Shown: positions 42,883 through 49,311 of the stretch, piece after piece
How the letters are laid out: each line of letters begins with the position of its first letter
Numbering within the stretch: position 1 is the first letter of the stretch
Assembly: GCA_964597585.1 (NCBI GenBank)
Contig: CAZQYU010000002.1
Span: 1 to 49,311 of the forward strand
Source of the DNA: an uncultured Thermoanaerobaculia bacterium
GTDB taxonomy: Bacteria > Acidobacteriota > Thermoanaerobaculia > Thermoanaerobaculales > Sulfomarinibacteraceae
Direction: 5' to 3'
DNA: 49,311 nucleotides
The notes under the pieces: model-generated
Database searches by the model: none
Told to the model about the DNA's origin: nothing
The model's input: the letters and a program-made list of their open reading frames with translations, nothing else
Made by a program: the position numbers and the translations under genes

Positions 42883-43475
42883 GCGCCGACGTCACCGCGG
42901 TCGGGAGAAACCTCGACGATGCTCTGTCGAAAGCCTGCGAGGTGCTCGGTGTGCGACTCGGAGAGATTCACTACGAGATCGTGTCCAGCAGCGGCGGCAC
43001 CGTGGCGGTGCGAGCGGAGGTGGACCCGGTTGCGGTCCTCGGTCTCTTCCTCTCCGAGAGCTTCAAGGCGGGAAACCTCGCGGTGCGCGCTCGGGTCGCG
43101 AGCGGAGACGGGCTGCTGCGGGTCGAGCTTGAGGGGGACGACGTCTCCTTGTTGACGGCGGGCGGCGGCCGCGGTCTCGATGCGCTCCAGTATCTGAGTA
43201 ACCGGGTCCTCAACGGACGTATCTCTGAGCACCCGCCGGTGCAGCTGGACACGGCTGGCTACAAGGAGCGACGTGCGCAGGACCTCTGCCGGCAAGCGGA
43301 GGACGCGGCGGCGCGGGCGTTCAGGAATCGGCAGCCCGTGATTCTGGGGCCGCTGACGCCGGCGGCGCGGCGGGAGATCCACCTCGCGCTGCGGGACGAC
43401 ACCCGGGTGGAAACCGAGTCGGATGGTACCGGCTTTCTCAAGCGGCTTGTCGTCCGCCCTCGCGGGCGGAGCTGA
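42879..43475 (+). CDS. jag: Jag/KhpB-like RNA-binding protein (Jag_N, KH, R3H)
   Basis: ORF trimmed to ATG 42879 (ATGA overlap with yidC). Sequence: MSADVTAVGRNLDDALSKACEVLGVRLGEIHYEIV... The C-terminal R3H-like block is LTPAARREIHLALRDDTRVETESDGTGFLKRLVVRP. It sits in the conserved yidC-jag-mnmE position. Confidence 0.85.
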   Translation: MSADVTAVGRNLDDALSKACEVLGVRLGEIHYEIVSSSGGTVAVRAEVDPVAVLGLFLSESFKAGNLAVRARVASGDGLLRVELEGDDVSLLTAGGGRGLDALQYLSNRVLNGRISEHPPVQLDTAGYKERRAQDLCRQAEDAAARAFRNRQPVILGPLTPAARREIHLALRDDTRVETESDGTGFLKRLVVRPRGRS

Positions 43476-44766
43476 CACGATCGTCGCTCGTGCGACCCCG
43501 GAGGGCCGAGGGGCCCTCGCGGTGGTGCGTCTCAGCGGGAGCGAGGCGGCGCGTATCGCCGGCGCGGTCTGCTCCGGTCTCGACCCTGATCGACCATGGC
43601 GGGCACAGCTTGTCGAGCTGAGCGGCGACCTCGGACCCGGAGAGCGCGCGGTGGCCATACCCTACCGAGCCCCGCGCAGCGCGACCGGGGAGGACATGGT
43701 CGAGTTGGTCCTGCACGGATCGCCGTTCGTGGTCGGTCGTGTGCTTGAGCGGTGCGTCGCGGCGGGGGCGCGCCCGGCGGCGCCGGGTGAGTTCACCCGC
43801 CGGGCGGTCGCGAACGGGAAGCTGGATCTCCTGCAGGCGGAAGCAGTCCGGGATCTGGTCGCGGCGGAGACGCGCTTCGAGTACCAATCCGCTCAGCGGC
43901 AGCTGAGCGGCGAGCTGTCCCGCGAGCTCGGGCGCGTGCGCGGCGAGCTCATAGCCACCCTGGCACAGCTCGAGGCCGGGCTCGACTTCGCGGCCCAGGG
44001 GGCCGACCCGGACCCGGACATTGCCATGCGCTGTCTGGCGAGGGTCGGCCAGGAGATCGACAGACTGGTGTCGGGCGGCGAGCGACGAGAGCTCGCTCGC
44101 GGTGGCGTCCGGGTCGTGCTGGTGGGTGCGCCGAACGCGGGTAAGTCAACCCTGTTCAACCGACTGCTCTGCCGTCCGCGGGCGATCGTGGCCGACGCGC
44201 CGGGGACGACCCGCGACGTGCTCGAGGCAACGACCGAGATCGACGGCGTGAAAACGGTCCTGGTGGACACCGCGGGCCTGGGTGTCGGCGGCGGCGAGGT
44301 GGAGCGCGAGGGCGTGGCTCGGGCCGGCGCGGCCCTCGCAGAGGCGCACGTGGCGGTGGTGCTGTGGCCCGCCGACACGGCCCAGGGACCGCCACAGCTT
44401 GCCCTGCCGCCCGGGGGGAGGCGCCTGCTGGTCCGGAGCAAGGCAGATCTCGGGCCGGGGGGCGGCGAGGGCTGGCTGCGGGTTTCGGCGCGGACGGGGG
44501 AAGGGTTCGCAGAGCTGGAGGCGCGGCTGGCGTCGGTGGTGCGGGAGCTGGTGGGACACGAGGACGGACCGGTGGCGGTCGGCGCCCGCCATCGGCGCGC
44601 GCTCGAACGGGCGCGTGCGGAGCTTGCGGCGGTCGACACGGGAACGCCCGAGCTCGCCGCCGAGGGCGTGCGCTGGGCCCTCGCCGCCCTTGAGGAGCTC
44701 GTCGGCGAGGTGCTGACCGAGGATGTTCTTGACGAGGTCTTCGCGACCTTCTGCATTGGCAAGTGA
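43423..44766 (+). CDS. mnmE: tRNA modification GTPase MnmE
   Basis: Sequence: DTIVARATPEGRGALAVVRLSG...VLVGAPNAGKSTLFNRLL...TRDVLE...DTAGL...C-terminal FCIGK. The start is uncertain (ATG 43423 or TTG 43447). Either start overlaps the jag 3' end. Confidence 0.95.
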   Translation: MVPAFSSGLSSALAGGADTIVARATPEGRGALAVVRLSGSEAARIAGAVCSGLDPDRPWRAQLVELSGDLGPGERAVAIPYRAPRSATGEDMVELVLHGSPFVVGRVLERCVAAGARPAAPGEFTRRAVANGKLDLLQAEAVRDLVAAETRFEYQSAQRQLSGELSRELGRVRGELIATLAQLEAGLDFAAQGADPDPDIAMRCLARVGQEIDRLVSGGERRELARGGVRVVLVGAPNAGKSTLFNRLLCRPRAIVADAPGTTRDVLEATTEIDGVKTVLVDTAGLGVGGGEVEREGVARAGAALAEAHVAVVLWPADTAQGPPQLALPPGGRRLLVRSKADLGPGGGEGWLRVSARTGEGFAELEARLASVVRELVGHEDGPVAVGARHRRALERARAELAAVDTGTPELAAEGVRWALAALEELVGEVLTEDVLDEVFATFCIGK

Positions 44767-46631
44767 GGGGGCTCGTGAGGGCCGATGTGGTCGTTGTCGG
44801 TGCGGGCCACGCGGGATGCGAGGCCGCGATCGCGGCAGCGCGGATGGGCGCGCGCGTCATTGTGGTCACGCTGAGCCGGGCGCGCGTCGGCCACATGCCG
44901 TGCAACCCCGCGGTGGGGGGCGTCGGCAAAGGGCACCTTGTGGCCGAGACCGACGCCCTGGGAGGCGTGCAGGGGTGGGCGGCCGATCGTGCCGGGCTTC
45001 AGTTCAAGACCCTGAATCGGTCGCGGGGGCCAGCGGTGTGGGGACCGCGCGCGCAGTGCGATAAGAACCGGTACTCGCAGCTGCTGCGAGGCCTGCTCTT
45101 GGGCATCCACGGCGTGGAGCTGATCGAGGCAGAGGTGGTCGGGCTGGAGAGTGACGACGGCCGAGTCGTCGCCGTTCGCCTGGGCGACGGTCGCCGCGTC
45201 GAGGCGCGAGCCGTGATCGTGACCACGGGGACGTTCCTCGACGGAGTGCTGCACACCGGACCCGAGCGCCGCGCGGGGGGGCGCGAGGACGAGCCGGCGA
45301 GCCGGGGTCTGGGCAACTCGCTGGCGGAGCACGGTCTCGAGCTGCGCCGTTTCAAGACCGGCACGCCACCGCGGCTGCACAGGGACAGCCTGGACTATTC
45401 GCGGCTCACGGAGGAGCAGGGCGATGACGAGCCGCGCCCGTTCTCCTGGCGGACACGGGCGGTGCGCAACCGCTGCCTGTGCTGGAGCGCGCGCACTCTT
45501 GAGGTGGTCCAGAGGATCATCGAGGACAACCTTCACCGGTCGCCTTTGTTCAGTGGACAGATCGTCGGTATTGGGCCGCGCTACTGTCCGTCGATCGAGG
45601 ACAAGGTGGTGCGTTTTCCACACCACCGGGAGCACACGCTGTTTATCGAGCCGGAGGGGCTGGACGGCGAAAGCATGTACGTCAACGGTCTCGCCACGAG
45701 CCTGCCGCGTGATGTTCAAGAGAGGGTCGTGCGCTCCGTGCCCGGGCTGGAGCGGGCAGAGTTCCTGCGATACGGCTACGCGGTGGAGTACGACGTGGTC
45801 GCCCCGGGGCAGGTGAGCGCCGCGCTCACGGCCCGCGCGGTGCCCGGGCTCTGGCTGGCCGGCCAGGTGCTGGGAACGTCGGGCTATGAGGAGGCGGCGG
45901 GCCTCGGGCTTCTCGCCGGCATCAACGCGGCGCTGGCCCTGCGTGGCGAGGCCCCGCTGGTCGTTGGCCGCGACGAAGGCTATCTGGGCGTGCTGGTCGA
46001 CGACGTGGTCCACGTGGAGCATCGCGAACCCTACCGGATGCTGACCTCGCGTGCCGAGCACCGTCTGCTGCTCGGCATCGACTCTGCGCGGGAGCGTCTC
46101 ATGGCTCGCGGTGTCGAGCTCGGCCTCGTCCCGAAGCGGGCGTTTCACGTGGAACATCTGCGGTGGGACGCGCGAGAGCGTGCCAGGCAGGAGCTCGAGC
46201 GGACCCGCCTGAATCCCAGTACCGAGACCCGGGATGCGGTGCGCCGCGCCTGCCGCGTGGAGATCACGGCGCCGACCACATGGGCTGGCGTCCTGCGCCG
46301 GACGGACGTCGATCCCGCTCTGGCGGCAGCGGGGCTCGAGGCGCTTTCCGACCTTCCCTCCGAGGACCGGCTGGTGGTGGTTTCGAGGGTGCGCTACGCG
46401 GGATACTTGGAGCGGCAGAGGAAGGAGGTCGCTCGTGTCCGTCGCCTGCGGGAGGCGGCGATTCCCGAGGCGTTCGAGCCGCGGGCCCTTCCCGGGCTGT
46501 CGCGCGAGGTCTTGGAGGCTCTCGAACGCCACCGCCCGCGCAGTCTGGGCGAGGCGGCCCGATTGCCCGGCGTCACACCGGCTGCCGTGGCCATCCTGGC
46601 AGGCTGGCTGTCGCGGCGTAGAGAGGTCTGA
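44763..46631 (+). CDS. mnmG: tRNA uridine 5-carboxymethylaminomethyl modification enzyme MnmG (GidA)
   Basis: 622 aa with a GTG start (GTGA overlap with mnmE). Sequence: DVVVVGAGHAGCEAAIAAARMGARVIVVT...MPCNPAVGGVGKGHLVAETDALGG...GPRYCPSIEDKVVRF...GLATSLP...LAGQVLGTSGYEEAAGLGLLAGINA. Confidence 0.97.
   Translation: MRGLVRADVVVVGAGHAGCEAAIAAARMGARVIVVTLSRARVGHMPCNPAVGGVGKGHLVAETDALGGVQGWAADRAGLQFKTLNRSRGPAVWGPRAQCDKNRYSQLLRGLLLGIHGVELIEAEVVGLESDDGRVVAVRLGDGRRVEARAVIVTTGTFLDGVLHTGPERRAGGREDEPASRGLGNSLAEHGLELRRFKTGTPPRLHRDSLDYSRLTEEQGDDEPRPFSWRTRAVRNRCLCWSARTLEVVQRIIEDNLHRSPLFSGQIVGIGPRYCPSIEDKVVRFPHHREHTLFIEPEGLDGESMYVNGLATSLPRDVQERVVRSVPGLERAEFLRYGYAVEYDVVAPGQVSAALTARAVPGLWLAGQVLGTSGYEEAAGLGLLAGINAALALRGEAPLVVGRDEGYLGVLVDDVVHVEHREPYRMLTSRAEHRLLLGIDSARERLMARGVELGLVPKRAFHVEHLRWDARERARQELERTRLNPSTETRDAVRRACRVEITAPTTWAGVLRRTDVDPALAAAGLEALSDLPSEDRLVVVSRVRYAGYLERQRKEVARVRRLREAAIPEAFEPRALPGLSREVLEALERHRPRSLGEAARLPGVTPAAVAILAGWLSRRREV
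46141..46156. promoter_or_regulatory. parS centromere-like site inside mnmG
   Basis: CGTTTCACGTGGAACA has the reverse complement TGTTCCACGTGAAACG. That matches 15/16 of the TGTTNCACGTGAAACA consensus. It shares an identical 15-mer with the site at 47239, in the opposite orientation. Confidence 0.8.
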
Positions 46632-46632
46632 C

Positions 46633-47250
46633 GTGGCCGACGCGGCGACCGCGGCCTATGCCGCCCTGCTCTCTCCCCATCTCGAAACGGGAGAGGTCGT
46701 CGAGCGCCTGGCCCGTTATGCGGCCCTCCTTGAGCGCTGGGCGGCGGTGCATAGTCTCGTCCGCTTCGACTCGAGAGAGGAGTTGGTCCACCGCCACCTC
46801 CTGGACTCGCTGGCGGCGGCGCCCCTCCTCGGGGCGGCGGGCATCCTGGTCGACGTCGGCAGTGGTGCCGGGCTGCCGGGCGTGCCGCTGCTGGTCGCGC
46901 GACCGACGTGGCGGGGCCTCCTGCTCGAGCCCCGCGCCAAGAGATGGGCGTTCCTGCGGCTGGTGATCCGAGAGCTCGGGCTGAACGCAGAGGCCATCGC
47001 CGCGCGCACCGGAAGCCCGGAGGCCGATCGGGGGCCGTTCGACATGGTCACTGCGCGGGCCCTCGGCGGCCATGCCGACCTCCTGCGGTGGTCCCGGCCT
47101 CGCCTGGCGGCGGGCGGGTCGGTGCTGGTGTGGTCGACCTGGGCCGGCCTCGACGAGCTCCGCGAGGTGCCCGGTTGGCGTGTGCTAAGCTCGCCCCTAT
47201 CGGGCCTGGACCGCGGCCGGCTCGCTCAATTGCAACCATGTTCCACGTGA
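46633..47250 (+). CDS. rsmG: 16S rRNA (guanine527-N7)-methyltransferase RsmG (GidB)
   Basis: ORF 46234..47250 trimmed to GTG 46633, 2 nt after the mnmG stop. Sequence: LARYAALLERWAAVHSLVRFDSREELVHRHLLDSL...ILVDVGSGAGLPGVPLLVARP...FDMVTARAL. Confidence 0.9.
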   Translation: MADAATAAYAALLSPHLETGEVVERLARYAALLERWAAVHSLVRFDSREELVHRHLLDSLAAAPLLGAAGILVDVGSGAGLPGVPLLVARPTWRGLLLEPRAKRWAFLRLVIRELGLNAEAIAARTGSPEADRGPFDMVTARALGGHADLLRWSRPRLAAGGSVLVWSTWAGLDELREVPGWRVLSSPLSGLDRGRLAQLQPCST

Positions 47251-48026
47251 AACCCCGGATCGTGGCGGTGGCCAACCAGAAGGGCGGCGTCGGCAAGACC
47301 ACGACCGCGATCAATCTCGGTGCGGCCCTGGCAGCCTACGAGCAGCGGACGCTCCTTGTTGATCTCGATCCGCAGTCCAACTGCACTTCCGGGGTGGGCC
47401 TCCGACCAGCCGCCGACGCGATCACGACCTACCAGTTGCTCACCGGTCAGGCCGGGCTGAGCGCCGCCGTGATGCCGACCTCGTTTCCGTGCTTGGACAT
47501 GGTGCCCGCAACCCCGGAGCTTGCCGGGGCGGAGGTCGAGCTGGTCGGCATGGTGGGCCGGGAATTTCGCCTTCGCGATGCGCTTGCCTCAGTCCGCGAC
47601 CACCGTGTCGTGCTGGTCGACTGTCCACCGTCCCTCGGTCTGCTCACGGTGAACGCCCTCGCCGCCGCGTCCGGCCTCCTGATCCCGATCCAGTGCGAGT
47701 ACTTCGCTCTCGAGGGAGTGTCGGAGCTGATGCGAACGGTCGGGGAGGTGCGCCGGTTCCTCAATCCCGGTCTCGCGATCGAGGGCATTCTCCTGACCAT
47801 GTACGACGAGCGCACCAACCTGGCCCAGCAGGTTGCGGAGGAGGTCCGCGCAGCCTTCGGCGCGGTGGTCTTCGAAACCGTCGTGCCGCGCAACGTCCGG
47901 CTTGCCGAGGCCCCGTCACACGGACGGCCCATCCACGCCTACGACCTTCGCAGCCGCGGCTCGCAGGCGTACCTTCGGCTCGGCCGCGAGTACCTCGAGC
48001 GCATCGAGGCCGCTGATGTCGCGTAA
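47238..48026 (+). CDS. parA: Chromosome partitioning ATPase ParA (Soj)
   Basis: ORF trimmed to ATG 47238 (alternative GTG 47247). Sequence: RIVAVANQKGGVGKTTTAINLGAALA (deviant Walker A)...LLVDLDPQSNCTSG...VLVDCPPSLGLLTVNAL...IPIQCEYFALEG. Confidence 0.95.
   Translation: MFHVKPRIVAVANQKGGVGKTTTAINLGAALAAYEQRTLLVDLDPQSNCTSGVGLRPAADAITTYQLLTGQAGLSAAVMPTSFPCLDMVPATPELAGAEVELVGMVGREFRLRDALASVRDHRVVLVDCPPSLGLLTVNALAAASGLLIPIQCEYFALEGVSELMRTVGEVRRFLNPGLAIEGILLTMYDERTNLAQQVAEEVRAAFGAVVFETVVPRNVRLAEAPSHGRPIHAYDLRSRGSQAYLRLGREYLERIEAADVA
47239..47254. promoter_or_regulatory. parS centromere-like site overlapping the parA start and the rsmG stop
   Basis: TGTTCCACGTGAAACC matches 15/16 of TGTTNCACGTGAAACA. 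It begins at the second base of the parA ATG (47238) and contains the rsmG TGA (47248-47250). Confidence 0.8.
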
Positions 48027-48867
48027 GCCGGCGCTCGGACGCGGCCTCAAGGCCCTTCTGCCGGACACGCCGCGGCCGCGCGCGGGGCTTGCGGAACTCC
48101 CCGTGGAGAGCCTTCAGCCGAACCCGTACCAGCCCCGTCAGAAGTTCGAGGTCGACGCCCTTCGCGAGCTCGCGGCCTCGATCACCGAGCATGGCGTTTT
48201 GCAGCCGCTTCTCGTCTCGGAGGCGGGCGCAGGACGGTACGTGATCCTCGCGGGCGAACGCAGGTGGCGTGCGGCGAAGCTGGCGGGAATCCGTCATGTG
48301 CCAGCCGTCGTGAGGGAACGCGTCGACGCCGCACAGGAGCTCGAGCTTGCACTGGTCGAGAACCTCCAGCGGCGCGACCTGACGCCGCTCGAGGAGGCGC
48401 GGGCCTACGCCAATCTCTCGGATGCCTTCGGTATGTCGCAGACGGACATCGCGGCGCGGGTCGGGGTCGATCGCAGCACGGTGGCCAACGCCTTGCGGCT
48501 GCTCAAGCTTCCGGAGGACCTCCAGGCGATGATCGAAGACGGGAGATTGACCGCCGGCCACGCCCGAGCCCTGCTCGCCTTTTCCGACAATGGCCTGCGG
48601 CGCCACTGGGCCGAGCGGGCAGCCGCCGCCGGTCTGAGCGTCCGCGAGCTGGAGCGGGCAGCCGCCGAGACCAGCGGCCGCGTGCGCCGCCCCCAAGTGC
48701 GTCGACCGGATGACCCCAATCTACGCGAGGCGGAGCATCGCCTCAGCCTCCGACTCGGCGCCAAGGTTGAGATCCTGTCTCGTGCCCGAGGTGGCCGGAT
48801 CGTGATCTCGTGCAGCGACCAGGAGGAGCTCATGCGGGTGTACGACCGCCTGATGGAGAAAGACTGA
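48016..48867 (+). CDS. parB: Chromosome partitioning protein ParB (Spo0J)
   Basis: ORF trimmed to ATG 48016. Sequence: MSRKPALGRGLKALL...LPVESLQPNPYQPRQKF...LAASITEHGVLQPLLV...YVILAGERRWRAAKLAG (GERRxRA CTP-binding box)...LTPLEEARAY...SQTDIAARVGVDRSTVANALRLLKLP (HTH). Confidence 0.96.
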   Translation: MSRKPALGRGLKALLPDTPRPRAGLAELPVESLQPNPYQPRQKFEVDALRELAASITEHGVLQPLLVSEAGAGRYVILAGERRWRAAKLAGIRHVPAVVRERVDAAQELELALVENLQRRDLTPLEEARAYANLSDAFGMSQTDIAARVGVDRSTVANALRLLKLPEDLQAMIEDGRLTAGHARALLAFSDNGLRRHWAERAAAAGLSVRELERAAAETSGRVRRPQVRRPDDPNLREAEHRLSLRLGAKVEILSRARGGRIVISCSDQEELMRVYDRLMEKD

Positions 48868-49241
48868 TGCGGCGCGCACAGGACGGTCTCAACGGTTTCG
48901 TCGACTCCGGCTGCACGATTCGCGGAGAGCTCGAGTTCACAACCACGTTTCGCCTCGACGGCACCGTCATCGGCACCGTGCGATCGAGCTCGGAGCTCGT
49001 GATCGGCGAGGACGGCGTTGTCGAGGGCGAGGTCCACGTCGCCCGGTGCCTGGTTGGAGGCACCGTCCGGGGCGCCATCGAGGCGAGCGAGCGCGTCGTC
49101 CTCCATGCCGCCGCAAAGGTCTGGGCAGACATCACGGCACCGACCGTGATCATGGAAGAAGGCGCCTTTCTCGAGGGGAGAATTGCGATGACTTCTCGAG
49201 ACGAGCGCCCCAAACACAACAAAGTGGTGGAGACACCTTGA
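48867..49241 (+). CDS. Bactofilin-family cytoskeletal protein
   Basis: ORF trimmed to ATG 48867 (TGATG overlap with the parB stop). The bactofilin beta-helix repeat pattern is IRGELEFTTTFRLDGTVIGTVRSSSELVIGEDGVVEGEVHVARCLVGGTVRGAIEASERVVLHAAAKVWADITAPTVIMEEGAFLEGRIAM. Confidence 0.8.
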   Translation: MRRAQDGLNGFVDSGCTIRGELEFTTTFRLDGTVIGTVRSSSELVIGEDGVVEGEVHVARCLVGGTVRGAIEASERVVLHAAAKVWADITAPTVIMEEGAFLEGRIAMTSRDERPKHNKVVETP

Positions 49242-49311
49242 CCGCTTGTTCCTCCATTTGGTAACGTGAGCCGCCCTGCAGTCACCGCAGGAGAGGGCTC
49301 CATTGGGAGGG

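Noticed and set aside
43893-46532. An 879-aa ORF on the minus strand spanning mnmE and mnmG. It is the longest ORF in the window apart from uvrA.
   Set aside because: It is entirely antisense to two highly conserved genes whose own frames carry unmistakable motifs. Its translation is R/P/A/G-dominated low complexity with no recognisable domain. Long stop-free antisense frames are expected at this GC content.

Overview
This is a high-GC bacterial chromosome segment (about two-thirds G+C by eye) centred on the replication origin. The core is the classic origin neighbourhood. On the minus strand: dnaA-dnaN-recF-gyrB-gyrA, then CPBP protease-pdxS-pdxT-hypothetical. Diverging on the plus strand: rpmH-rnpA-yidD-yidC-jag-mnmE-mnmG-rsmG-parA-parB-bactofilin. 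A DnaA-box-rich oriC lies in the dnaA/dnaN gap, and two near-consensus parS sites flank rsmG.

The left 28 kb is also mostly housekeeping:
- glnS (edge fragment), gltX, two divergent tRNA-Ser genes, lptD, thiolase, ruvX, mltG
- HU, fabL, uvrA, smpB, xerC, trmFO, topA, dprA
- interspersed signalling and envelope genes: a degenerate Ser/Thr-kinase-like protein fused to a TonB C-terminal domain, a GAF/HD-GYP protein, a DUF4390-like/NtrY-like kinase/TPR/RDD cluster, an MBL-fold phosphodiesterase-like protein and a GT2 glycosyltransferase

Many adjacent same-strand genes share overlapping stop/start codons (ATGA, GTGA, TTGA, TGATG). I found no CRISPR array, transposase, prophage or recognisable defence or toxin genes. 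I cannot point to a clear-cut new multi-gene system.

The most unusual observations are:
1. The rnpA reading frame has no canonical start downstream of rpmH. Its only ATG is 7 nt upstream of the rpmH ATG (a Thermus-like out-of-frame overlap), and its 3' end also overlaps yidD.
2. The pseudokinase-TM-coiled-coil-TonB_C fusion has no ExbBD partner.
3. An NtrY-like kinase has no response regulator and is embedded between DUF4390-like, TPR and RDD membrane proteins.
4. A 43-bp perfect palindrome made of DnaA-box cores sits inside oriC.
5. A strand-symmetric promoter block lies between the two tRNA-Ser genes, and gltX-glnS sits directly behind a tRNA terminator.

All product calls come from motif recognition by eye. 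No database search was run.
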